This document shows positions 27,010 to 35,445 of a DNA stretch of 64,000 nucleotides, in pieces. Both the position numbers and the translations under genes were made by a program. Below the pieces are notes generated by a model. It saw nothing but the letters and a program-made list of their open reading frames with translations. It had not been told where the DNA came from and did not search any database. The DNA comes from a virus (Duplodnaviria > Caudoviricetes). Where the stretch lies: the IMG/VR virus record IMGVR_UViG_2706795030_000004, positions 1 through 64,000 of that record. One strand, 5' to 3'. Every line of letters starts with the position of its first letter. The stretch's first letter is position 1.

Positions 27010-27688
27010 TGAAATCGTCCGAGATGGTGGCGAGTACGAAGAGAGGTCCGCCGCCGGCCCCCCCCGCCTCTGTCGGGTTCAAGAGGTCAGTCGCGCGCGC
27101 AACCTGCGCCTGCAGCTTGGCGCGCAGCTTATCCCAGTCGATCGACCCGCGCTGATACTCGTTCGTTCCGCTGCTCTCCATCTTGGCAATCCGAATCTGC
27201 AGCGTGTCGAGCACGGCGAGAGCCGCCAGCGCCTCAATGCCGTCGGCAATAAGGTGGGCTTCGGCAGTCTCGAGATTCTCGTAGGCCGTCACCGGGCCGA
27301 GGGATCCCATCTCCCAATAGGCGCCGATCAGATCGACCTCATCATCCGGCAAGTCCTGAGGCCCGACGCCCAGCTTCTCCCGCGCACCACGGGGGCTCAC
27401 CGGAAAGGGCACACGCCCCTCAACGGTATATTCGACGCGGCCGGAGCGAATGTCCCCGCCGACCGTGTAGGTCCAGGCCAGCTCGCGGACGTTGCGAAGC
27501 GTCCCGGTCGAAAGCTGGTTATACGTTCCAGCAACCACAAGCACCGCCGAAACGGCGCCGTCTTCAGGGGTGATCGCCCCAGTGGCAACTTCCGTTCCGT
27601 CCAAACGATAGAGCGCCCACGAGATATCCCCGTCAGGCGCTCCGTCGTCGAACGTCACGAGCTGCGAAAAATCGAGCCCGGCGCGCAT
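27002..27688 (-). CDS. Head-tail adaptor protein
   Basis: Synteny after the capsid gene; helical C-terminus with AREKLGV..DLPDDEVDL. Confidence 0.6.
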   Translation of the reverse strand: MRAGLDFSQLVTFDDGAPDGDISWALYRLDGTEVATGAITPEDGAVSAVLVVAGTYNQLSTGTLRNVRELAWTYTVGGDIRSGRVEYTVEGRVPFPVSPRGAREKLGVGPQDLPDDEVDLIGAYWEMGSLGPVTAYENLETAEAHLIADGIEALAALAVLDTLQIRIAKMESSGTNEYQRGSIDWDKLRAKLQAQVARATDLLNPTEAGGAGGGPLFVLATISDDFSG

Positions 27689-27696
27689 GATCTACC

Positions 27697-27942
27697 TTAC
27701 TTCTTCGAGGCCGTCCCCGAGGTCGGACCGTTGGACTTGCCCTTGTCCTTATCGGCGACAGGCTCAGCCTCTTCCTTGGCCGCCTTCTTGTCGCTGACCT
27801 CTTCAAGCCGACCCTCACTAAGCGCGTGCTTGATATACTCCGTCAGGTGGACGGACTTCTCTTCGCCGGGCGAGATAGTTTGGCCGCCGAAGACATCGTG
27901 GACCAGAAACGAACCCGTGGTTTTCACCGTGATCTTCATCAT
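27697..27942 (-). CDS. Small head-associated hypothetical protein
   Basis: 81 aa immediately downstream of the capsid gene, charged C-terminal tail. Confidence 0.6.
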   Translation of the reverse strand: MMKITVKTTGSFLVHDVFGGQTISPGEEKSVHLTEYIKHALSEGRLEEVSDKKAAKEEAEPVADKDKGKSNGPTSGTASKK

Positions 27943-27954
27943 AGCTCTCCGAAT

Positions 27955-27978
27955 TGAGGGGGTCCGAAGACCCCCTCA
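27955..27978 (-). terminator. Hairpin after the major capsid gene (attenuator or RNA stabiliser)
   Basis: 10-bp stem TGAGGGGGTC with TTCG loop on the minus strand; no clear U tract. Confidence 0.65.
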
Positions 27979-27981
27979 GAA

Positions 27982-29190
27982 TTAGGCCTGGTCGAGGTTC
28001 AGGACCGAGCGGGTGTCGCCGAAGACCAGGCGGTAGCCCTTGTTCTCGGTCTTCACGAACTTCACCTTCTGGTTCTCGATCGCCCGGGTCGATTCCTCGA
28101 TATCCGAGCCGTTCTCGACCAGCTCTTCGAGCGTCTCGTTCTTGATGAAGCCAACCAGCTTCGCGGCCGGGGCCGTGGACGAGAGCGCGAAGTCGACGTT
28201 GAAGTCGAAGCGCGGGTTACGGATCGCAACGTCGACGCCCGCCTTGCGGAGGATGTCACCCTGCGACATGCCGGCATCTGCAGTCGGCTTCGCGAACATG
28301 CGCAGCCACTCGAGATACATGTCGTAGTTGCCGAGGACCGTGTCGACGGGAACGCCAGCCTTGGCGCGGCTCACGAGCCAAGCGAGGAAGATGTTCCAGT
28401 CGAGGCGACCGGTCTTGGGGACCGGCTGGCCGTCCGTGGGCATCGTCGCAGCAAGCGTGGTCGCATTGACCACGGGGGCCGCAGCGTTGACGCCGTCACC
28501 ATTGATGAGCAGCCCAGTGGCGATCGCCACCTCGCCGATCTCGACTTCACGCTGCATGCGCGCGGCGTAGGGCGTCACGATGTCGAGGCTCGCCCGACGC
28601 TCGAATTCGTAGGTGAATTCGAAACCGCCACCGAACTTGTAGAACTTGACGCCCTTCTCAGTCGTGCGGATCGAGCGGATCGGAATGCGAGCGCCCTCGG
28701 CGATGACTCCGGTCTGCTGATACTCAGCAGCGTCATCATCGACCACGGTCGTGATCATCTCGTTGCCCGAGATACCGCGCGACTGCGCGATGATCGGAGC
28801 GATCGACTCGATGTTGTCCTGACGGTACTTCCACTGCAGGATCGCGTCGATCACGGGCGGGAACATCGCGCGGGTGCCGGGATAGGTCTGGAACGTATCC
28901 GCAGCGGCCTGCAGGAGGATGCCGTTGGCGTAGTCGTCACGGATCGGCAGGCCGAGGTGCGCGAGCGCAGCCTCGAAGCCATTCAGCTTCGAGCCCTTGT
29001 AATCGCCCTTTTCAGTGTCGATCGCGAGCGTCAGATAGTCAGGCAGACTGATCTTCAGCGACTTCGCCGCCTGCACGAGGTTCTGACCAGCGCGGATGCT
29101 GTCGGCCATGTTCTCGCTGAGAACGTCCGCGAGCAGGACTTCGGCCGGCTGGCGATTACGGGCCAGTTCGATGAGATTTGCGGGCTTCAC
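27982..29190 (-). CDS. Major capsid protein
   Basis: 402 aa after protease and decoration genes; VIAEGARIP...FYKFGGGFEFTYEFERRASLD, HK97-fold-like. Confidence 0.9.
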   Translation of the reverse strand: MKPANLIELARNRQPAEVLLADVLSENMADSIRAGQNLVQAAKSLKISLPDYLTLAIDTEKGDYKGSKLNGFEAALAHLGLPIRDDYANGILLQAAADTFQTYPGTRAMFPPVIDAILQWKYRQDNIESIAPIIAQSRGISGNEMITTVVDDDAAEYQQTGVIAEGARIPIRSIRTTEKGVKFYKFGGGFEFTYEFERRASLDIVTPYAARMQREVEIGEVAIATGLLINGDGVNAAAPVVNATTLAATMPTDGQPVPKTGRLDWNIFLAWLVSRAKAGVPVDTVLGNYDMYLEWLRMFAKPTADAGMSQGDILRKAGVDVAIRNPRFDFNVDFALSSTAPAAKLVGFIKNETLEELVENGSDIEESTRAIENQKVKFVKTENKGYRLVFGDTRSVLNLDQA

Positions 29191-29204
29191 TGTCGTGCTC
29201 CTTG

Positions 29205-29627
29205 TTAGAACTTTTCGACGATCACGAAGTCGGTGCCGACTTCGATCACGGTGTTGACGTTTTGGTCGGGGGTCTTGCTGGTGCCGTCCTCGAGCGCCTT
29301 GACCTCTCCGGCCCCGGCACCGACCACGGTGTCGCCGAGCCCAGGGACTTCGTTCCCGGCAAGGCCGTCCTTGACGGGAAGCTTAGTGCGGAACTTGCGC
29401 GAGACGGCGCCGACCAGGAGGCCGTTGCCGCGGTCCTCGAAGGTCTCGAGACGGCCGAAGACGGCGGCGTCATCAGTCGCCAGCTTCACCTTGCCGGCTG
29501 CGCTCGTGTCGAGCTCGACGGCCTTGCCCACGTCGGCGGCAGTCGTGCCCGCGGCCAGCGCGTAGGTGAAAACGAAATCCTCGAACGAGAACGTGTAGTT
29601 GACGACGCTGTTGGGGTTGTACGCCAC
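29205..29627 (-). CDS. Head decoration protein
   Basis: 140 aa, VGKAVELDTSAAGKVKLATDDAAVFGRLE; between scaffold and capsid genes. Confidence 0.75.
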   Translation of the reverse strand: MAYNPNSVVNYTFSFEDFVFTYALAAGTTAADVGKAVELDTSAAGKVKLATDDAAVFGRLETFEDRGNGLLVGAVSRKFRTKLPVKDGLAGNEVPGLGDTVVGAGAGEVKALEDGTSKTPDQNVNTVIEVGTDFVIVEKF

Positions 29628-29645
29628 GGGTCGGTCCTTCCTTCT

Positions 29646-30809
29646 TTAAAGCTTGCGATTGGTGTAGGCACTGGCGACAAGCTTCCGCTCGTCTTCGCCT
29701 TCACCGGTCTTGGTCGGGTTCGAGACGCCGCCCACGGGGAGGATCGCCGTCAGATCGGAGGTGTGCTCCTTGATCTGCTTCTCGAGATCGGCAACGGTCG
29801 ACGGCAGGTCTTCGGCCTTGGGCGCTTCCTTGCCCGCGGCGACGAGAACCTTGCTCAGAACCGACTGCAGGAAGGTCACCGCCGCGGTGGCCTCGTCCGC
29901 CTTCGAGTCCGCCCGAGCCTTCTCGAGATCGGCCTGAGCCGTCTCAAGCTGCGCGGTCAGTTCCGTAACCTTGGTGTTGGCGGAATCACGTTCGCTGGTC
30001 AGCGTCGTGATCGTCGCGTCGGCTGCTTCCTTCGCGGCCTTCAGGATCTTCACGTCCGCCTTGGCTTCCGAGAGTTCCGTGACCAGCGCGGTTGGATCAA
30101 AATTGCTCACAGGGTCTTCTCCTCTGGACGCCTGGACAATCAGGCGATCCTTGAAATCTGCGTGCGCCGCGAGGCGCATCGACGATGCGGGCTGCAACTT
30201 AGAATCGGACTTGCCGATGATGCGCGGCTGATCGGCTGCACCGCGCGCAACCAGGCTGACCTCGATGAAGTCGGAAAGGCCGATGAGGTCGGCGTGAACG
30301 CCGTCTTCGCCAATGGTGTGGCCGTTGGCGCAGGTGCGGTCGAAGAAGTTGTCGTACTGGGCGCCAGGCCCGAGATAGTCCCAGCCGCACTCCGAGCAGA
30401 GGAACTGGGTCGGGAAGAACGACACCGAGACCTCGTCGAGCGAACCGGCATTGAGCTTGGCAATCAGGCGGCCCTCGGTCGGGTCCAGATAGAAGAGGAC
30501 GCGAAGCTCGATGTCGTTGACACCGTTGAAGACCAGCTCGGCGTCAAAGACACGTCCCTTGGGCTCGCCGCTCAGCTGGTGGTCCGAGATCAGGGGCAGA
30601 TGCCCGCCATTCTTGATGTGATCCGCCATCTGACGGAGCGTGACCGGAGCCACGACCGCGCGCTCGTGGAGCGTACCGTCCTTGCCCGTCAGCGGCTTCG
30701 TGTTGAGCGCGATGGCTTCAAAGACGGCAAAGTTGGTCGGATCGACATCCTGGCCGACCCGGTCCTTGATGAGCTGCGCGAGCTCGGGTGTCATCGGAAG
30801 CTGTTTCAC
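29646..30809 (-). CDS. Prohead protease / scaffold fusion
   Basis: LISDH, EVSVSF, CSECG...C..GH, IEVSLVARGA protease part plus coiled-coil C-terminal scaffold. Confidence 0.85.
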   Translation of the reverse strand: MKQLPMTPELAQLIKDRVGQDVDPTNFAVFEAIALNTKPLTGKDGTLHERAVVAPVTLRQMADHIKNGGHLPLISDHQLSGEPKGRVFDAELVFNGVNDIELRVLFYLDPTEGRLIAKLNAGSLDEVSVSFFPTQFLCSECGWDYLGPGAQYDNFFDRTCANGHTIGEDGVHADLIGLSDFIEVSLVARGAADQPRIIGKSDSKLQPASSMRLAAHADFKDRLIVQASRGEDPVSNFDPTALVTELSEAKADVKILKAAKEAADATITTLTSERDSANTKVTELTAQLETAQADLEKARADSKADEATAAVTFLQSVLSKVLVAAGKEAPKAEDLPSTVADLEKQIKEHTSDLTAILPVGGVSNPTKTGEGEDERKLVASAYTNRKL

Positions 30810-30867
30810 TCCGCAGGCTATGCGGAGGCGACGACTCTCAAGTCACGAGAGGACGGGTGAACCTGCC

Positions 30868-31059
30868 TCAACCACCCTCGGCCCGCTTCATTTCCCGAAT
30901 GCCGAGAATTTCGAGGCCGCTGTGAATGTAGAAATCCTGTTGACCGCCGGGGCGCACGATCACGACCTTGGCGCTTTTCGGGTAATCGGGCTCACCCTCC
31001 CGGAGCGTTACTTCAACCGGCCAACCTGCATGTGCGTCGATCGTTACTCTGGTGGTCAT
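30868..31059 (-). CDS. Small hypothetical protein
   Basis: 63 aa MTTRVTIDAHAGWPVEV..., tightly coupled to the portal stop. Confidence 0.65.
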   Translation of the reverse strand: MTTRVTIDAHAGWPVEVTLREGEPDYPKSAKVVIVRPGGQQDFYIHSGLEILGIREMKRAEGG

Positions 31060-31061
31060 TT

Positions 31062-32525
31062 CTATTTCTCCACGTCATTTGATTTTGCGCTCTCGCTCCC
31101 TGGCGCCGTCAAACCTCGCCCGAGCGGGTCGTCGTTGGGCGAGACCCCTTCGGTGTCGATCGTTACATCGGCATCAGCAGGCTTCAGGAAATTGGTGCCA
31201 GACAACTGCGGAGCCCCGGCGGGGGCCGGGCGACCGAACACCTCGAGGTGATACTCGTCATCGGTGATCGTGCCGAGCGAAAGCTCATTGCGAAGGCGCG
31301 AGGCGCGCATAGTGAGTTGTGGCTCGAGCTCGAGCACCGGGCGAAGTTCAACGGGACGGTAGCGCACATGAACCCGGCTCTCGCTACCGGCGAGACGGAT
31401 CGCGAGCGTCAGCGCCTTGGTGAAGAGCGAGCCGATCACGCGGTTCAGCGCGTCGGCATTCAGCGCGAACAGGCGCGCCTCGGTCGAGGCGACCTGCCCG
31501 TTGCTCGACTTGCCGACAACGGCGGGCATGACCTTCAGCGCCGCCTGGTTCTGGTTGTCGAGAATGTCGATGACGCGCTCGATCTGCAGACCCGCCGACG
31601 GGTTCTTGTCGTTGATGATCTCCGCCTTGATCGTGTCCGAGTGGACGAAGGCGTCGCGCGCGGTCAGCCCGGAGATCACACCGCGGATCGTGTCGAGCTC
31701 ACGCGAGACGTAGTTCCGCATCTCATCCGGATTATCTCGGATGTTGGGCGGGACATTCCGCTCGATCACGTCTTGCAGGACGGTCACGTCCATCCGCGGA
31801 TAGCCGACGATCCGCATGATCCGGTAGAGCTCATTAATCACCGCAGTGCGGGCGGTGATCGTGTTGATTGCAGATACGAAGGTCGAGAAGGTGTAGATGC
31901 TCGTCGGGTTCTGGTGGAACCGCGACGTGAAGAAGGTCGGGATGTTGAGATCAATCTCGGTGTTCGCGCCGGCAGGCTTCTGGATGGGGCGGTAGACGCC
32001 GGGCTTGGCCTCGCGCCACTCGAGGCTCACCGGATCGACAATCCGAAGCTCGGTCGGAATGTAGCTCTTGTCGAGCACGAGCTCAGCGGCAACCATGCCG
32101 CGGAGGAGCGTCATGTAACGCAGTTCGTCAGCGATCGACGATAGCGTCGGCTTGTCGCTGTAGCCGACGGTGTAATCGTTCACTGTGGTCAGGTTCTCAA
32201 GGACACGGCGCGCCAGCTTGGTGCCTTCGATGTCAATCTCGCCATCGGGGTTGTAGGCGGTGATTACCGGCTCGGCCGAGCCCGCGATCGTCAGATAGGA
32301 ATGGATCGCCGACGACACGTCCGGGTCGTGGTTGACCATCGTATTGAGAAGCGAACGACTGTCGTTCGCGATGCGGCTGTTGAGCAGGTCATCGAGATGC
32401 TGCTGGTAACCCGGAACCGCGATCTTTTCGTCACGGGGGTTGAAGGTCGGCGTGTAGCCCTTGCCGCCTTTGACGCCCTTCCCCTTGGGGAGGAGAATTT
32501 GTGCAATGCTGTCGGAGAGTGCCAT
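31062..32525 (-). CDS. Portal protein
   Basis: 487 aa directly after the terminase; LRGMVAAELVL, RIVGYPRMDV. Confidence 0.85.
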   Translation of the reverse strand: MALSDSIAQILLPKGKGVKGGKGYTPTFNPRDEKIAVPGYQQHLDDLLNSRIANDSRSLLNTMVNHDPDVSSAIHSYLTIAGSAEPVITAYNPDGEIDIEGTKLARRVLENLTTVNDYTVGYSDKPTLSSIADELRYMTLLRGMVAAELVLDKSYIPTELRIVDPVSLEWREAKPGVYRPIQKPAGANTEIDLNIPTFFTSRFHQNPTSIYTFSTFVSAINTITARTAVINELYRIMRIVGYPRMDVTVLQDVIERNVPPNIRDNPDEMRNYVSRELDTIRGVISGLTARDAFVHSDTIKAEIINDKNPSAGLQIERVIDILDNQNQAALKVMPAVVGKSSNGQVASTEARLFALNADALNRVIGSLFTKALTLAIRLAGSESRVHVRYRPVELRPVLELEPQLTMRASRLRNELSLGTITDDEYHLEVFGRPAPAGAPQLSGTNFLKPADADVTIDTEGVSPNDDPLGRGLTAPGSESAKSNDVEK

Positions 32526-32528
32526 TGA

Positions 32529-34253
32529 TTAACCCAGTCTCGAAAGTCGCTCGGCGCCCTTGCCGAGGAGATTGTCGTTCGCTCCGCCCCCAACCGCTGC
32601 TGATCCACATGCGATGGAATGACGGATCACATCCTTGTTCTGGGCGTAGGCGTGCTCATTCACGCGCCGAGCCAGCAGGTTGAGCGCGATCGAGTGGAAA
32701 TAGTGGTCGGTCCCGCTCGGTGATTTTAACCATGTCGCCGAATAGTCCGGTTCCTCTTTGCGCACGTTATCGGTCAGGTGCGTGATCAAAGTCTCCCGCT
32801 GATCGCCATAACCAGTGAGCACCAGCCCGCGATGTCCGACCAGCGACTGCACGCGGTCGAGGATGTAGGTGCGATTTGCCGAGTAGTGCGTGATGTGCCC
32901 AAGCTCGTCCCTCACCGGGGCGAGCGCCGCGGTGCCGCGGTACTGCACCGGCATCACGAGATCGCTAGTCACGGTGCGAAGCGCGTCCGCGTTCGGCTCG
33001 AACGGGAAGCGGTCAACACACCCCTGCACGATGTTGTAGATCTTACGCAGATCGCGAACGCGGTCCTCAAGCGCCCCGATGGGGACAACCTCGAAGTAGA
33101 AAAACACGGGATTGCCGTCGTCATCGTCGAACGAGAGGGTCAGGTGACAGACGAAGCCGACGTCAACGCCAATGTAGACGCGCCGCGATGTCGGAACCTC
33201 GGGCACGCGCGGCCCCTGCATGCATGCCTCGATGTCCCCCCGCTGCAGCTGGGCATTCGCGTCGGTGTAGGCTTCGCCGATCACGGTGTTGTACCAGCCG
33301 CGCAGGAAACCGAGCGACTGGTAGTGCACGAGCTGCTGAAAGACGTAGGCGGGATCGAGACGGCTCGTTGAGAAGGGCCGGATCTGGTAGCCACGCACAA
33401 GCGTGCGGCTCGGATATTTCGCCACCCACTCCCGCAGGTCCGCATTGGCAAGATCGAGACGCGCCGAACACTTGGCGCAGCGCACGTAGGCGTCCTGGGT
33501 GTTGAGGGTCGCGATCTGCGCCGCAGTCAGATCGGCGAAGTCCGAGACGTCGAACCTGAAATCGGGGATGTAGACGAACGCCGGCGTGAAGAGCGGGATC
33601 TGGTGGTGGTTGCACGCCTCGCACTTGATCACATACTCACGCTGATCGGAGAGCTGGAAACCGCGGTCGATCCCGAACCCTTTGAACGAGGGGGTCGAGA
33701 AGCGCTGCGTCATCTTCATTTCGGAGTTCTGCAGACGCGACTGGTAGAGCGCGATCATGTCCTCGGGGCTGAGGTCGAGCTCGTCGTGCATGAGGAAGTC
33801 GGCCGAGATCGAGGTTGCCTCGCCCTCGGTGCAGCCCGTGATGTAGCCGAAGCTGTCACGGATCTGGATCATGCTCGAGCTTCGAACAGGGGCTGTTCCG
33901 GTCGGCGGATTGAAGATCGCGTCGGCATCGAGCACCGGCTTGATACGACCGGAGTAGATTTTCCGGTACATCTTCTCCGATGGGAGGGTGAAGATACCCG
34001 AGATGCCGGTGTGCCGCGTCAGCATCGCCAGGAACTTACGGATCTGCACCTCGGTAAGGCCTATCTGGCTGATTTTCTTAACATAAAGATTGGGGTGCAT
34101 GTCGTCCGCAATTGCTTGCTGGAACGGGTAGTGCCTGTAGCTGAACGGCCGCCGCTTGATCGTGGTGTTGGCCGCGATCCAGTCGCCCATGCTCATCGAG
34201 CCACTGCCGTGGCCGTATCGCTGGCGGACGTTGTTGTAGAGCTCCGTGAACAC
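32529..34253 (-). CDS. terL: Terminase large subunit (lambda GpA-like)
   Basis: YVKKISQIGLTE Walker A variant, LMHDELD Walker B, FSTPS, Zn-binding CEAC/CAKC, nuclease IGVDVG. Confidence 0.92.
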   Translation of the reverse strand: MFTELYNNVRQRYGHGSGSMSMGDWIAANTTIKRRPFSYRHYPFQQAIADDMHPNLYVKKISQIGLTEVQIRKFLAMLTRHTGISGIFTLPSEKMYRKIYSGRIKPVLDADAIFNPPTGTAPVRSSSMIQIRDSFGYITGCTEGEATSISADFLMHDELDLSPEDMIALYQSRLQNSEMKMTQRFSTPSFKGFGIDRGFQLSDQREYVIKCEACNHHQIPLFTPAFVYIPDFRFDVSDFADLTAAQIATLNTQDAYVRCAKCSARLDLANADLREWVAKYPSRTLVRGYQIRPFSTSRLDPAYVFQQLVHYQSLGFLRGWYNTVIGEAYTDANAQLQRGDIEACMQGPRVPEVPTSRRVYIGVDVGFVCHLTLSFDDDDGNPVFFYFEVVPIGALEDRVRDLRKIYNIVQGCVDRFPFEPNADALRTVTSDLVMPVQYRGTAALAPVRDELGHITHYSANRTYILDRVQSLVGHRGLVLTGYGDQRETLITHLTDNVRKEEPDYSATWLKSPSGTDHYFHSIALNLLARRVNEHAYAQNKDVIRHSIACGSAAVGGGANDNLLGKGAERLSRLG

Positions 34254-34296
34254 GGCGAGAGGGGGACTAGCGGGGCGCTTCGAAGTCCATACGAGG

Positions 34297-34306
34297 GGGT
34301 GAATTA
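34297..34306 (-). promoter_or_regulatory. TAATTC[AC]CCC putative late-promoter box
   Basis: TAATTCACCC 53 nt before the terL GTG. Confidence 0.65.
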
Positions 34307-34321
34307 GAGCGAGGCGGCAGG

Positions 34322-34338
34322 AAGTCGCACAGCGACTT
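34322..34338. promoter_or_regulatory. AAGTCGC-N3-GCGACTT box (perfect)
   Basis: AAGTCGCACAGCGACTT, 64 nt before the ATG at 34386. Confidence 0.85.
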
Positions 34339-34385
34339 CAGGAAAACAGATTGCGGGCCGAGTCGATGAGACTCAGGTGGGGCGC

Positions 34386-34922
34386 ATGACAAACATCGCC
34401 TTCCCTACTCTCCGCATCGGGGTGCTTCGAGCGCTCCAGACCCTCAAACAACATTATCTGGCCGATCCCGAGATCTTTGACCGCCAGGACTGCCCTTACG
34501 ACATCGACGTTCGGGACGTCCTCAAGGAAATCCTGACCGTCGAGGAAAAGATCGTCGAAAAGGTGGTCGAGAAGCGCGTGGTCAATGACAGCGGTGCCGG
34601 GAGCCGGAAGAAGGCACCGGGGCTGAACGAGGAGGATCAGGAAAAGATCGCCACCGAGCTCGCCGATCTCCTCGAGCAGCTCAAGGACATGGAAGAGGGC
34701 GAAGGCCAGCAAGGCCTCGATCAGACCGCCCGCCTCGCCGTCTTCAAGCTCAAGACCACCATCATCGAGAAGATCATCAATCTCCGCGAGCGCGTGCTCA
34801 ACATCAAGCGCATCGCGCATTTCGAGGCTGTCGTCATCTCGGTCCTCGACGATCTGGTCAAGGAGGAAGACCGTGAAGTGTTCCTCGACCGCATCGCGCC
34901 ATACCGAGAAGATGCCGCATGA
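34386..34922 (+). CDS. Hypothetical coiled-coil protein (possible terminase small subunit)
   Basis: 178 aa helical protein divergent from terL; function inferred from adjacency only. Confidence 0.5.
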   Translation: MTNIAFPTLRIGVLRALQTLKQHYLADPEIFDRQDCPYDIDVRDVLKEILTVEEKIVEKVVEKRVVNDSGAGSRKKAPGLNEEDQEKIATELADLLEQLKDMEEGEGQQGLDQTARLAVFKLKTTIIEKIINLRERVLNIKRIAHFEAVVISVLDDLVKEEDREVFLDRIAPYREDAA

Positions 34923-35443
34923 GCGAAATCGAAAAAGTTGCAGTCTCAAATAATGCGCTGAGCTTTGAGCAGGCCGACACGCTGCTTCGCTACGATCCTG
35001 AAACTGGACTGTTTCATTGGAAGGTATCACGAGGAGGAACCGCTAGGGCAGGAGCCTTGGCAGGCAGCGATCACGGAGACGGTTACTGGGCCATAAAAGT
35101 GTGCGGGCGTATGTACAAAGCCCACCGCCTCGCTCATTTGCTGATGACCGGCAAATGGCCGCCAAGTGAAATTGATCACAAAAACCGGAACCGCAGCGAC
35201 AACCGCTGGTCAAATCTGCGACCCTGTTCTCGCTCGGACAACATGTTTAATCAGGGGCTCAGTTCGCTCAACACTTCAGGCTACCGAGGGGTCTCACTTC
35301 ACCACGGGACTGGTAAGTGGCGTGCCCAGATTAAGCACCGAGGACGGAAGATTCATCTCGGCGTCTTCGAGACTCCAGAGTCGGCTGCCGCCGTTTATGC
35401 TGCGGCAGCGAATGACCTATTTCCCACATTTTCACAGGACTGA
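34919..35443 (+). CDS. HNH endonuclease with AP2 domain
   Basis: LRYDPETGLFHWK, YKAHRLA, IDHKNRNRSDNRWSNLR, NTSGYRGVS, IHLGVFET..AA. Confidence 0.92.
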   Translation: MSEIEKVAVSNNALSFEQADTLLRYDPETGLFHWKVSRGGTARAGALAGSDHGDGYWAIKVCGRMYKAHRLAHLLMTGKWPPSEIDHKNRNRSDNRWSNLRPCSRSDNMFNQGLSSLNTSGYRGVSLHHGTGKWRAQIKHRGRKIHLGVFETPESAAAVYAAAANDLFPTFSQD

Positions 35444-35445
35444 GC

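Noticed and set aside
30855-30864. AGGTTCACCC as a late box before the protease gene
   Set aside because: Spacing fits (55 nt) but the TAA part is missing and the downstream TA[AG] is displaced; unresolved.
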